Source: Malacoraja senta
Taxonomy: Eukaryota
NCBI GenBank assembly: GCA_038087875.1
Contig: CM075989.1
Span: forward strand, 12,836,001-12,900,000
Length of the DNA stretch: 64,000 nt
Reading direction: 5' to 3'
Shown here: positions 50,311 through 62,849 of the stretch, piece after piece
How positions within the stretch are numbered: position 1 is the first letter of the stretch
Layout: each line of letters starts with the position of its first letter
The notes under the pieces: model-generated
The model's database searches: none
What the model saw: the letters and a program-made list of their open reading frames with translations, nothing else
Told to the model about the DNA's origin: nothing
Position numbers and translations under genes: made by a program

Positions 50311-53258
50311 CTGCAGAAACAAACATTAAACAACTCAAGAGATGCAATTCTGCAAAGTTTCTCAGCGTTACTGTGAAAATGGTTCATGCCACTTGCAGAA
50401 ATTCTAAGTGTAGGAAAGTGGGTACATTTCTAGAATCTTCAGAATTTGCAAAAAATAAAAATATAATGGCTGCCAACACTGAAGTCAGCCACCAGACCAG
50501 CTAAGATGGATGGTTTCTCAATCAGCATCCAAGCACCTACAGTAATGGAGGCGACACATGTTCAAATACAATAACACTGCAGATGCAGGACTGCGGCTCC
50601 AGAAATGTAACCTTTGATTCTCTCTCCACTAATACTTCCTGACCAGATGAGATCACCGGAGTTTTATTCCAAGACTATTCAGAAAAGGGACGTTTTTTTT
50701 TTTTTTAAGTGCCAGCACAAATGACAAGTGCTGTCTGCTTTTGTCAAATTGGTTGTGATGTATTAAATTAGAAGTGTTAAATGTTTTCAGATGATTTGGG
50801 TTAAAAAGATAATAAACTATTTAAAAATCAACATTCCAAAACACTGAAAAATGCTTGAGATCCGAGGGTTTTGTTGGCCGGGCTTTTCCCTTCGACTCGT
50901 CGAGCCTTGGCTGGAGCTTGGATCCCTTAGCCGGTGAGGAAGGTCAAGCACATGTGGATTACATTTGTTTAGACTTGGGTAAACCACGGACTGCAACTGC
51001 TGGCCAAGAACGTCTATTAGCAATATCTGGGCCGATAAATCTCCTTCTTTTCCGTGAACTCTAACTATAAAACCCACAAAGGATTTAATCAAATGCCTTC
51101 TGGAAATCCATGCAGATAGCATCTGTCAACATGACTTTAAACATCAAAAACAGCACGCAAAACTCCAGATGAGGTCACACTAAGGCCATATATATCTGCA
51201 GAAAGTCATCCTGCTTCTGCACCGAAACCTGTTGCAAAGCAGGAGAACCGCACTATCCTGCTGCACTGAGCTTTCAGCTACTGATGTACAAGGGCACCAG
51301 GTCCCACAGGACTTTCCCTTTTACAAAACTGCTTACAGTCCTCAGGCGGTGGTTTTGTATGCAGTGATTTGGTGTTTTGGTAGCATTGTGCAAACCTCAA
51401 GCCCCTGCAGAGGAATATTTAGTTTAGTTTATTGTCACCTGTAGCGAGGTACAGTGAAAAGCATTTTGTTGTGTGCTATCCAGTCAGCGAAAAAAACTAC
51501 ACGATTACAATCGAGCCAGTGTACAGACAGAGGATAAAGGGAATAAAGTTTAGTGCAAGATAAAGTCTAGTAAAGTCCAATTAAAGTTAGTCTGAGGGTC
51601 TCCCATGAGATAGATGGTAGCTCAGGACCGCGCTCAAGTTGGTGTTAGGATGGTTCAGTTGCCTGATAACAGCTGGGAAGAATCTGCCCCTGAATCTGGA
51701 GGTGTGCGTTTTCACACTTCTGTACCTCTTGCCTGATGCGAGAGGGGAGAAGAGGTGGTCTCCAGGGTAAGACTCGTCCTTGATTATGCTGCTGGCCTTG
51801 CCGAGGCAGCATGAAGTGTAGATGGAGTCAACGGAAGGGAGGTTGGTTTATGTGATGGTCTGGGTAGTTCCCACAATTCTCTGCAATTTCCTGCGTTCTT
51901 GAATGGAGCTGTTCCCAAACCATGCTGCGATGCATCCCGATATCATGCCTTCTACGGTGCATCTGCAGACGTTGGTGAGAGTTTGTGTGGTTACTTGTCC
52001 TGCAACCTCTCCCCCGCCCCAAAGGAGCTCTTTCTAAATGAGATGTTTGGGAGGGGAGCTCAATCCCATGGGTGGTGCTGCTGGCAGCCGAGGAAATTCC
52101 CAGCACTCCTGGAAGTCAGGATGACTACATCTGTGGGATTGGCCAGCTCGATTGCCAACCGGCAACTTTATGTTGCTAAAGTAACTCAGTGGGTCAGGCG
52201 GCATCTCTGAAGAAAAAGGATTGTCGACATTTCGCGTCAGGTTAACCTATGATGAATGTTTGTCGGCACTGGGCCTGTACTCGCTGGAGTTCAGAAGAAT
52301 GAGGGGGACCTCATTGAAACAGAATAGTGAAAGGCTTGGATAGAGTGGATGTGGAGAGGATTTTTCCACTAGTGGGTGAGTCTATGACCAGAGGTCATAG
52401 CCTCAGCATTAAAGAACGTTCTTTTAGGAAGGAGATGAGGAGAAATTTCTTTATTCAGAGGGGGGTGAATCTGTGGAATTCTTTGCCACAGAAGGCTGTG
52501 GAGGCTACGTCAGTGGATAATTTTAAGGCAGCGATAGATATATAGATAGATTCTCGATTAGTACAGGTTGATTAGTCAGAGGTTATGGGGAGAAGGCAGG
52601 GGAATGGGGTTAGGAGGGAAAGATAGATCTGCCATGATTGAATGTTGGAGTAGACTTGATGGGCCGAATAGCCTAATTCTACTCCTATCACTTATGATCT
52701 TATGAGAACGCTTCTTCAGACCCCAATCTGAAATGTCATCCATCCTTTTGTTCCAGGGATGCTGCCTGACCCACTGAGTTACTCCAGCACTTTGTGTCTA
52801 TCTTCGGTATAAACCTGTATCTGCAGTTCCTTCTGACACTACAGAGCATCTGCGAGGCAAATAGCTACATGGAGAACAGCACAACTGTAGGTGAAGGGGT
52901 CAGAAAAAGAAAGGATGGAAGGAAGGAAGGCTGGCCAGGAGTCAGGGAAAACTCAGAGTGCATCTCACTCTTGTGGACAAGACAGATGGCACTTCAGTTC
53001 AATTTCCTATCTAAAGCGCTGCACTTCACACGGTGCTCTAAATCAGCACTGATCCCGAGTGTCAGCCTTGATTCCATGCTCATGTTTCCGAAGTGGTTTT
53101 CAAACTCACGACAGCCCAGTGAATCGTGCACTACCCCAAGGTTCATTTGCTGAAATGCTGCAGGACAGTCTGAGCTTCCACAGAGAGAAGACAGAGAGGG
53201 GAGCCATGCTCAGCCTCAGCACCAGCCTGTCCCCATTGCACAATCTGAAACAACCTAC

Positions 53259-53340
53259 CCTGGAAGTCAGGAATTTCTTCAATATCCACTAAATCCACCA
53301 GCTTCACGGTCTTGCCCATCCACAGTGTCCGTAACAATAC
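53259..53340 (-). CDS. MTFMT: MTFMT exon 7
   Basis: tcgcag|GTA...CAG G|gtaggt, 82 nt: VLLRTLWMGKTVKLVDLVDIEEIPDFQ. Confidence 0.9.
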
Positions 53341-55439
53341 CTGCGACAACAGAATTAATGTCAATTAATTCCATGCCCTTCCACATAATCAACAGCATCG
53401 TGTTAGTTCACCAGCGATATTATTTCTCTCCCCATCTTTATGTTCCATTCATCTATCCTCATCCAAATCGTGGAACACAGGAGGCATGCGAAGTGAACGG
53501 GCTCTCCATTTCTGCCATTCTTCCTCCTTGGCTCGTTGAAGCAAGCGCAAGGACATGAGGTGCAGAAACACTGACTTACTTTTCATAGGCGTCAACTGCT
53601 GGAAACTCCTTCAAACCCAGGCATTGGGCACCTACTCTGGAATGAAGGCTGTGGCTCACCGAGATAGTTCAACACCATTATATCAGGAGCAGTGAGGGAT
53701 GTACAATAAGTCCCAGCTTTGCCAGTGAAGACCACATCCAATGAACACATGAAGGGCTCAAATTAATGGTTGCCTGGGTGCCAATGGCCACCTAATTAAT
53801 GGTTGCCTGGGTGCCAATGGCCACCAAAAGTGCTGCCAGGCAACCTAAAAGCCGTGCCACTTTGCGCGGCTTGGCAAGCACCCGGGACACCTGCCGTTCA
53901 ACTCTGAGCGGGCCCCCCTTCTAGCTCTCTCTCTGTTAGTCTCCGTCTCCACCAGCCATCCGTGTCCGGGTCTCCGCCCTCCGCTCTCCGGCCTCTCTTC
54001 ATCCGCCGGCATGGCCGGCCGCCCTGCACATGCGCACTGCCACGGCAACTGGTCGGCGCCGGGCACTCTCTCCCTCCCTTTGCATTGTGGGAGATCTGGC
54101 CGCCTCGCCGTGACCGCTGAAACCCAACGCAGAATCACTCCCTGGAGCTGGAGTAACCCCCTGGAGTAACTCTTGCTTCTTGGTTTCCTGGTCCTCCAAA
54201 AATATTCAAAATGGAATTTAAACTGGAGGTGCTAGAGGGTCCATCACCAAACTCCAAACTCAGAACAATAACAGCCTATTGCACTGTATCTGTTTATTTA
54301 TTGTGTATATATATGGTCTATGGCATATAGACACACTAAACTTTTATCTCCTGTTCTGTATTATGTTTACATATTCTGTTGTGCTGCAGCAAGCAAGAAT
54401 TTCATTGTCCTATCTAGGACAATGATGCTCTTGACTTGGACTTAAGCAAAAGAGGGTTCTTGGGGAAAAAAAGAGCTACATTAAATTTAGTTGCGTCTGG
54501 TAGGGTGAAGACTATTCCATACTTTAACTGTGCGGGGGAACTCCATGGAGCAGCCAGCATCTCTGGATAGAAGAAATTGGGTGACGTTTCGGTTAGAGAC
54601 CTTTCATTAGATTCCCTCTGGTTTTAGTGTTTTTCCTTTAATTTAAAGATAAAGGCCCACCGAGTCCACGCCGACCACCGATCACCCGTACACTAATTCT
54701 ATCCCACACATTAGCGACGCAAGTCAAGAGTGTTTTATTCTCTCACGTCCCAGTTAAAACAATGAAATTCTTACTTGCAGCAGCACAACAGAATATGTAA
54801 ACATAGTACTCTGTAAACAATGTTATAAACGAGTAAACAAAACAGTGTATATTTATATATGAATATAGAATTCTGTGTTAGGTTGGGTCTGAAAAAGGTT
54901 CCTGCACACCTTTGGAATGTGAAAGGAAACAAGAGCACCCGGAGAAAACCCATGCGATCAAAGGGAAAACGTGCAAACTCCATACAGACAGCACCCATAT
55001 TCAGGATCAATTCTGGGTCTCTGGCACTTTTAGGCAGCAACTTTATGGCCAATGTGCTGCCCCATAGTCTTGAACTGAATTAAAACATACAGTAGCTGTA
55101 AAGGGGGACATAGTGCCACTTAGAGATTTAAGACTGAAAATGGATAGATTCTTTTTTTTTTAGTAACCAAAGTTATCAACGTATAAATTTTTGTGTGTTG
55201 GAAAACAAAATATAGTGGCAGCTAGTAGACTTGCTGCCTCACATGCCAGAGATCTGTGTTCGATCCTGTCCTCGGGCACCGTCTGTGTTGAATTTGCACA
55301 TTCTCCCTGCAAGCGTGTGGGTTTCCTCCCACAACCCAAAGAAGCATTGGCTTTGTAGGTTAACTTGTCTCTGTAAAATTGACCTTAATGTGTAGGGAGC
55401 GGGTGAGGAAAGTGGGATTACAGAACTTGTGTGAATGGG

Positions 55440-55890
55440 TGGTAGACAAAAAAGCTGGAGAAAATCAGCGGGTGAGGCAGCATCTATGGAGCGAAGGAAT
55501 AGGCGACGTTTCAGGTCGAGCCCCTTGTTCAGACTGATGTCGGTGGGGGGGTAGGAAAAAGGAAGGAAAAGGCGGAGACAGTAGGCTGCGGGAGAGCTGG
55601 GAATGGGAGGGGAAGGAGGGAGAAAGCAAGGACTACCTGAAATTGTAGAAGCCAATGTTCATACCGCTGAGGTGTAAACTACCCAAGTGAAATATGAGTG
55701 CTGTTCCTCCAATTTGCTGTGGGCCTCACTCTGGCCATGGAGGAGGCCCAGGACAGAAAGGTCGGATTTGGAATGGGAGAGGGAGTTGAAGTGCTGAGCC
55801 ACCGGGAGATCAGGTTGGTTATTGCGAATTGAGTAGAGGTGTTGTGCAAAGCGATCGCCAGGCCTGCGCTTGGTCTCACCAAGGTTGATC
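55440..55890 (-). mobile_element. Penelope-like element 3' remnant (GIY-YIG endonuclease)
   Basis: GETKRRPGDRFAQHL...LPVAQHFNSLSHSKSDLSVLGLLH, followed by the hammerhead-like terminal repeat. Confidence 0.75.
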
Positions 55891-56280
55891 ATACGCTGAA
55901 TAATCCAACCACATTTTTGTTTGGGAGTGGAAAGAAATAATAGAAATTGCATTCATTGCAACGTGTAAAAAGAGTTGAGACACCGTATTATAATTTTGCT
56001 GTATGTCATTGTGGTATATATCATGTCTTGATTGGTGAATATGTTTAGTTTGTGACTTTATTTGAAGCAGAAATAATATGTGAATGCTTCATTGAGCATA
56101 ATTACGACTGGTAACTACGCACTTCTTCCGAGCACATTATCGCAAGCGTCATGCAAGCCGACTTAAATGACCACCAAATCTGTCATTTGGCAACCTAAAA
56201 TGCTGCCTAGGTTGCCCGGCTGGAAACAGAGAGAAAAAGTTAAGTGAGAGCCCTGCCCAGTCACCACTTCATGCACTTAC

Positions 56281-56372
56281 CCTGGACCCGATTGCCCGGT
56301 TTAACCGATCAAGCTCCTCCACTGTTTGTTCCTCCCAATTCACCCAACTGTCAGCAACAGTGATTTTGGGAG
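56281..56372 (-). CDS. MTFMT: MTFMT exon 6
   Basis: tttgcag|CT...AGG|gtaagt, 92 nt: APKITVADSWVNWEEQTVEELDRLNRAIGSR. Confidence 0.94.
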
Positions 56373-56596
56373 CTGCAAATACAAACATTACAAAAAAATG
56401 TATTGAAGTCCCTTTGCATAAAACACCCATTCCCCACCCAAGGTCCTTGACATTCAATTATATAAATATCTGGGACGATTTGTTTGATAATATCATATTA
56501 TTAGATGTAAAACATTTCAGATATGTTGTGAATGAATGAAATAGATGTAACGTCTCAAAGGGCCAGTATCAATGCAGAGAATTCTCTGGCACTCAC

Positions 56597-56672
56597 CAAA
56601 TGTGATTCCATCTTTGCTTTGTTCCCATTTATTCTCTATATGTTCTGGCAGACTTTTCAATACTGACAAGAG
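56597..56672 (-). CDS. MTFMT: MTFMT exon 5
   Basis: tttcag|CTC...TTT G|gtgagt, 76 nt: LLSVLKSLPEHIENKWEQSKDGITF. Confidence 0.93.
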
Positions 56673-59542
56673 CTGAAACAATTAAATCAGTAGGTTTAAA
56701 ATTAATTGATTCAGCCGGATTGCAAAAAATCAGTAGGAACAGGGGGCTATTTAGCCCATCGAGCCTGCTCCAGCATTGAATAGGAACATGGCTGATCTAA
56801 CATTCCACACCTACCTTCCTGCCTTTCACCCATTATCCTCAATTCTCTTACTGATTAGAAATCTATCTTTCTCAGTCTTAGATATAACCAAAGACCATAT
56901 TTCTCTGCAGCAACGAGTTCCAAAGACTCACAATCCTTATGAAAAATTCTACATCATCTCTGTCTTAAATAGGAGTCTCCTTATTCTGAAACCATTCTCT
57001 CTGCTTCTAGAGTGTCACATGAGAGGAAACATCCAATCAGCATTTAACTTGTCTGGCCTCCCCCAAATAATCTTCTATCTTTCACTGATCACCTTTCACT
57101 CTTCTAAACTCCAGTGAGTAGAAGGCCAGCCTGTTTAACCTTCGTATCCAGTATCATCAAGTAAACCTCCCCCGAGCTGCCTTCAATAACATAATACTCC
57201 TCCTTAAAGAGGGGAACCAACCCATTTGTGGTGTGCGACATGTGGTCTCACTGCGGCCATGTATAGTTGCAGAGACTTCCCTACATTTACACTCTGACCT
57301 CCTCAAAATAATGGCGGACATTCCCTTGGCCTTCGCCATTACCTGCTTCATTTGCGTGCTGGGTTTCTGTTTTTCATCCCCACATTCCTTTGTGCTGCAC
57401 CTTTTTGCCGTCTTTCTCCACGTAAATACTGTGCTTTCTTCCAAAACAAAGTTCACACTTTCCCCACATTATACCCCATTTGCCTATTTTTCCCCCCTAC
57501 TCACTTATCAATCTCTCTGTGACTTGTTTACATCCGCCTGAAAATAACATAGAAACATAGAAAATAGGTGCAGGAGGAGGCCATTTGGCCCTTCGAGCTA
57601 GCACCGCCATTCATTGTGATCATGGCTGATCGTCCCCTATCAATAACCCATGCCTGCCTTCTCCCCATAACACCATTGGGTTTTATCCTGTGATTTAGCT
57701 TTTTGTGACCACCTTGTCAAACATATTCTGAAAGCAACATCTTCAGGTTCCCTTCCATCCACTTTCGAGACTTGCTCATAAAACTCCAATGAATGCATCA
57801 GACATGATTTCCAAGCATAAAGCCAAGCTAACTGCTGGAAAACACTGATATCCCACATGTGCTACTCCTACTGTGAATAACTCGGCTTGATCAGGACTTT
57901 GATAGTGTCTGACCAGCTTTTACAGCCTAATGGATGTTACGGTTGGTAATATCCCAACACACTTTAAATTCACTGTTTTAAAGTTGTTACACGGTGGTTA
58001 TAATACATTTACCAGTGAGCCCTAACGAGTGCTCGGGAAGCAAGGTGCAGGTGCGTTTCAAGGGAGAATGGGAGCCGTCACTTGTGAGCTAGATGTTGCG
58101 CCATCACAATTTACTAATAGCTGGACCGCGATGTATCAGAATTACACTGTACTTCCTTTATAGTCTAGTTTGAATCACCTCAGCACAAAAATCAATTTGC
58201 AGTGCAGATCCATCACTGGCCCCAACATCTGTCCTTTCTCGGAAAGACCTCTCCAGTTTTCCTACACTCACTTCCGTAGCTTTTACTTTTTTTACTAATT
58301 TAACTTTTACAATTTTTCCAGTCAGCACCAAGAGCTTTCCAGTTTACACATATTTGTGATATTCTCATTTCCATCTCTGACCCAATGATAAAGATGGAAC
58401 AACAATAGTCACATCTTTGTCCGGCTCTGCCAAAAGTGAAGTATTACTGATGCTGCACATATGTAAATTCTGGAAATAATCAGCACGCAGGCAAGTTACA
58501 CAGGTGTCTGTGCAATTTCCTTTGAAAGTGTTGATTAATTTTATTTCCACTGTGCTCAAAGGGAGCAAGACCAGACTTCTCTCTGAACCCTAAGAATTGT
58601 GCAAAGAGATCAGACCTCAGTGGAGTTTGAACATTCTCCCTGTGAACCTATTCGTTTTCTCTGAATGCTCCGATTTCTTCCCACACTCCAAAGACGTACA
58701 GGTTTGTAGGTTAATTGGCTTTGGTAAAATTGTAAAAATTGTCCCTAGTGCGTAGGATAGTGCTAGTGATCGCTGGTCGGCGTGGACTCAATGGGCTGAA
58801 GGGCCTGTTTCCATGCTGTATCTCTAAAGTACAGTAATAAAACATTCCAGGTGGCTGTTTCTTCAGGGCTATGTAGAATTCCACTAGAATTTTGGTTTGC
58901 GACTCAAATCTTCTTGCAATGAAAGCTGACATCCTCTATCAGACTACTTCCTTATTCAGTAGTCCCCTACATTTATTTAAAATTCCACATTTAATTCTGT
59001 CATTGTTTTTGTGTCAAAAGTCAGGAATTCCCTCTACAGCAACACCTTTTTCCCCATTCCCCTTTATCAACATATTTTAAATTGTGGATGCATGGATAGG
59101 GAATGGCCAAATGTGAGCGATGGGACTAGCTTGAATAGGGCATCTTGGTCAGCATTGACAAATTGGGCTAAAGGGCCTGTTTCCCCGCTGTGTGACACTA
59201 TGACTCTAATTACCTCATGGTAACTGGGTCAGAATCCAGGCATTCCTCATCCTGGAGGAATTCCTGGATTCTGACCCAGTTACAATTCAAACAAAACTAT
59301 TGTGAAGAGACTTGTTGGATGACTGCAAGGACATGTAGGTGACTGTTTGATGTTTGATTTTTTTCTATGATGGGGGAAACAGGCCTTCGCCAGCACTGAC
59401 CATAGCAGGTCAACATCTTCCTCATTACCATCCACTCAAAGCCAGTCAGGGGTGGACAATAAATGCTGATCTTGGCATCAATGTCTACCCACAGACTGTT
59501 TTAAGTGAAAATCACAGCTAGTGCAAGTTTGAATATTTTTAC

Positions 59543-59645
59543 CATTTCAGCACCTTTTTCTGCCAGTATCACTCCTAGTTCACCAGACGTGCATCGCGGA
59601 GGAACAGGACACTCCTGCTGCAGTAGAATGGGGCCAACGTCAAAC
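59543..59645 (-). CDS. MTFMT: MTFMT exon 4
   Basis: tttgtag|G TTT GAC...ATG|gtaaaa, 103 nt: FDVGPILLQQECPVPPRCTSGELGVILAEKGAEM. Confidence 0.95.
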
Positions 59646-60800
59646 CTACAAAAATCAAACATCAAACAGTCATCTACATGTCCTTGCAGTCATCCAACAA
59701 GTTTCTTCACAATAGTTCTGTTTGAATGCACAGCTAATCATCGAGAAAGTGATCAGATAAATTCAGAAAACCTCTCGTGGAAATAAAAAAATGTTTGGAA
59801 AAAGACAATTAAAGACTCGTTATCCCAATGGCTCTGTTATGACTCATGAAAGTAGCTGCTCACAGCCAAGATTCCTTTTACTTTCCTCTGGAATGCACTG
59901 CCTGAGGGGGAGATGGAGGTAGACATTCTCACTGAGGGGGAGGTGGAGGTAGACACTCATTTTGGAAGTATCTAAACAAGTACTTGAATCACCAAGGCAT
60001 TGAAGGTACAGATCAAATGCTGGTAAACTAGCGTAGATAAGGTCCAGATGGTCAGTACAGATATTGTGTTTCTATGCTGCATGTGAGTATGTGTAACATT
60101 TCTGCAGTTTCCACAAAAGATGTGTAGTGACATATATCTTGAACACATGTGGCGTAAGTATTTGTCAATCTCTTAACATAAAACAGAAATGCTTCTTTAA
60201 ATATAAAACAAAGAACAGTACCGCACAGGAACAGGCCATTCAGACCACAATGCCCATGCCGAACTTGATGCCAAGTTAAACTAATCTCTTCCTGCAAGTG
60301 ATCAAAATCCCTCCAATCCCTGCATATCCAAAGGTAACTTAAATGCCACTATTGTAATTGCCTCCACAACCACCTTGGCAATGTGTTCCAGGCACCCACC
60401 ACTCTCCATGTAAAAATGTACCCTGCACATCTCCTTTAATCTTTTTCCCTCTTACCTTAAACCTATGTTCTCGAATATTTGACATTTCCCCCCTGGAAAA
60501 AGGATCTGTCTACCTTACCAATGCTTCTTTCAGTCTCCCCTCAATCTCCAATGCTCCAGAGAAAACAATCCAAGTTTGTCCAACCTCTCCTTATAGCTAA
60601 TACCCAATAATTCCAAGCAGCAATTTAGTAAACTTCTTCTGAACCCTCTCCAAAGCCTCTACATCCGTTCTGTAATGGGGCGACCAGAACTGAATACAAT
60701 ACTCCAAATGTAACCTAACCAAAGTCCTGTGAAACAACCTAATTTGTTAATATCATTGGATTTCTCCCAGTTCCACAAGTTTCTGTACAAGTCAACGTAC

Positions 60801-60923
60801 CTTTTTGGTCGAATCTGCATGATGGTGACACCAGCCATTCGATCACCATGGATCAGTGTGTGAAAAATTGGAGCAGGACCTCTCCACCTTGGAAGCAGAC
60901 TGGGATGGAGGTTCAATATTCCA
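60801..60923 (-). CDS. MTFMT: MTFMT exon 3
   Basis: ccctag|T GGA...AG|gtacgt, 123 nt: formyltransferase motif [19 protein letters not shown]...[10 protein letters not shown]. Confidence 0.97.
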
Positions 60924-61451
60924 CTAGGGACAAGACAGAGATCTGTTAGATCTGATATTGTAGGCAGCATGAAAGAAAGATACAGAAGGAGGGCATGAAT
61001 CAGTAGAGTATATTCCACATGTGCTAACTCACTCTCTGGAGGATTAAGTAAGCTGCAAAGGAAAGAAAGAGGTACAAAAGGGAGGCATAGTCAACAATAA
61101 ATAGGAGAGTGGTTCACAAGGCCTTTTCATTGTTGATCTTGAATCTCAACAGCACTTTTTTTCAAATCCCCATATCCCTTTTGATTAAATATCATCCCCA
61201 TATCCTTTTTGATTAAAGATCTGTCATAATTTTACTTAACGGCAGAGTAGGGGCGAGGTGCTGAATGGCCTCTTATGTTTGGAAACACGAGACGACAAAG
61301 GACAGTAACCAACTTATTAAGGAGTACAAAAACCCAAATTTAATGGAGTCCTGTCTACTTCAGATTTCTCTCACTACAGTAGTACATCATTAAAACGTCC
61401 CCAGTCCAGGATTTGACCTCAGGATTTGCAATAGGCAGAAGATATACTCAC

Positions 61452-61667
61452 TATGGGAATTGATGAATGAGGGCATCACTGAGCAGTGCACCAAACGATA
61501 CAATAATTCCAACATCAAATTGATTGCACTCTGTGAGGCAAGGCCAATGGTGAATTGAAATTTGATTCAGCTTGGCGTATTTTCGAACAGGGAGCTTGTC
61601 AGATTTAGTGGTTGGCAAAGTAACAACCTCCAGCTGTTCTATGAGCAGCTTTCCGTCATCCAAGGAT
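61452..61667 (-). CDS. MTFMT: MTFMT exon 2
   Basis: ttatag|A...TA|gtgagt, 216 nt: LIEQLEVVTLP...FDVGIIVSFGALLSDALIHQFP. Confidence 0.95.
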
Positions 61668-62035
61668 CTATAAGGGAAAAAAAGGAACCAAATGTGTCAT
61701 TATTTTCCATTATTACTGCAAATGTTAGAAGCAACCAGACAGAAATCTTTGTACACGTCAACATCAATTTACTGAGATCCCTGCTGCCTGTGTGGAGAGG
61801 GGATGGGAGGTGTTGAACATTATTTCCAGATATGAATAAAGTCAATTTCTTAAAGGGCAAGCATCGCCATGGGCTGTTAAATGACCCCTAACTGACCCGG
61901 CGGTTGGGGTCAGGGAGGAGTCATTTGTTCCCTCAGTCCGCACACCTTTCTCCGACGCAGTTCAAGCTGTGGATCTTCCTCAGCCCCTGGTCCGCCCCGC
62001 TACCCGCGCCCGTCCCGGGTACCTGCGCCCGCTAC

Positions 62036-62232
62036 CTGCACCCGTGCAGTTTCTGCAGCGTCCGTTGCGCAAACGCATCGGTTCCGAAGAAGAGAATCCT
62101 CCAGGGCGGCGCGGCCCGGATCCGCAGCCCATCGACCGAACTGCTCACGGAGAGCAAGCGCTTCACTGCCCATCTAACGCGAGGAAAGCCTGGGGCTGCG
62201 GCCCAGGCCCGGCCGGCCCTCGCATTCCACAT
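62036..62232 (-). CDS. MTFMT: MTFMT exon 1 (mitochondrial methionyl-tRNA formyltransferase; Arg-rich transit peptide)
   Basis: MWNARAGRAW...PPWRILFFGTDAFA...LHGC-AG|gtagcg. The nine exons total 1134 nt = 377 aa + stop with consistent phases. Confidence 0.92.
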
Positions 62233-62270
62233 GCCGGGTGCAGAAAGCCCCGCTCCATCAACCGCTGGGC

Positions 62271-62300
62271 GCCGCCATCTTGGTGTAGGCAACTTCCGGT
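62271..62300 (-). promoter_or_regulatory. MTFMT: MTFMT CpG-island core promoter with ETS/GABP and YY1 motifs
   Basis: Minus strand ACCGGAAGT (62300-62292) and CAAGATGGCGGC (62282-62271), inside a GC/CpG-rich island at about 61900-62500. Confidence 0.75.
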
Positions 62301-62400
62301 CCCGTCGGTTTACTGCACCCGAAGTGAAATGTTCCGCCTGGAGACGCGGGACGGTGAGCGGGGGCGCAGGAAGGCCGCCGAGGTGTCACTCCCTCAGAAG

Positions 62401-62436
62401 CAAAGATACTAGAGGAACGTTCCTCTAGTATCTTTG
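62401..62436. mobile_element. 36-bp perfect-palindrome micro-MITE with 8-bp TSD (CTCAGAAG)
   Basis: ctcagaag|CAAAGATACTAGAGGAAC-GTTCCTCTAGTATCTTTG|ctcagaag. Confidence 0.88.
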
Positions 62437-62849
62437 CTCAGAAGGAGCTCGGTGGCCAGTTCCCAGCTCCATGCCGTGGCCCACAGGCCGAGGGGTTGGG
62501 AGAGGGGGCACGCTTGCCAAGATGAACCCAGTCTGGAGAAAGATTCCAGCCCGGAACGTCGTCTATCAATGTCCCCCCAGAGATGCTGCCTGGCTCACTG
62601 AGTTACTCCAGTATTTGTGTTCTAGACAAGATTCTACCATCTGTAGTTCATTGTGACTCCAGTGATGAGGGATTGATCTGGATCTGGATGTAGTACGCTG
62701 AAAAGCTCTAGGTAGAGCATCACTTAGCACTATGATGGTGGTGGACGTGCTAGTTGAGATGGAGATGCTTTTGGAGATGCATCTTTGTATGTGTTGGTGT
62801 TTTAGAGATCTCTGATGCTGGCTGGTAGGGTATTCCAATCCCTTGCTGT

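Noticed and set aside
53752..56255. Possible hAT element bounded by AGGGCTC...GAGCCCTG with an internal tandem duplication at about 53763-53826
   Set aside because: The ends are only partly complementary and I could not find an 8-bp TSD; interrupted by other repeats.
62233..62292. N-terminal extension of MTFMT given by the ORF track
   Set aside because: Starts at a non-ATG codon within promoter motifs; the first in-frame ATG is at 62232.
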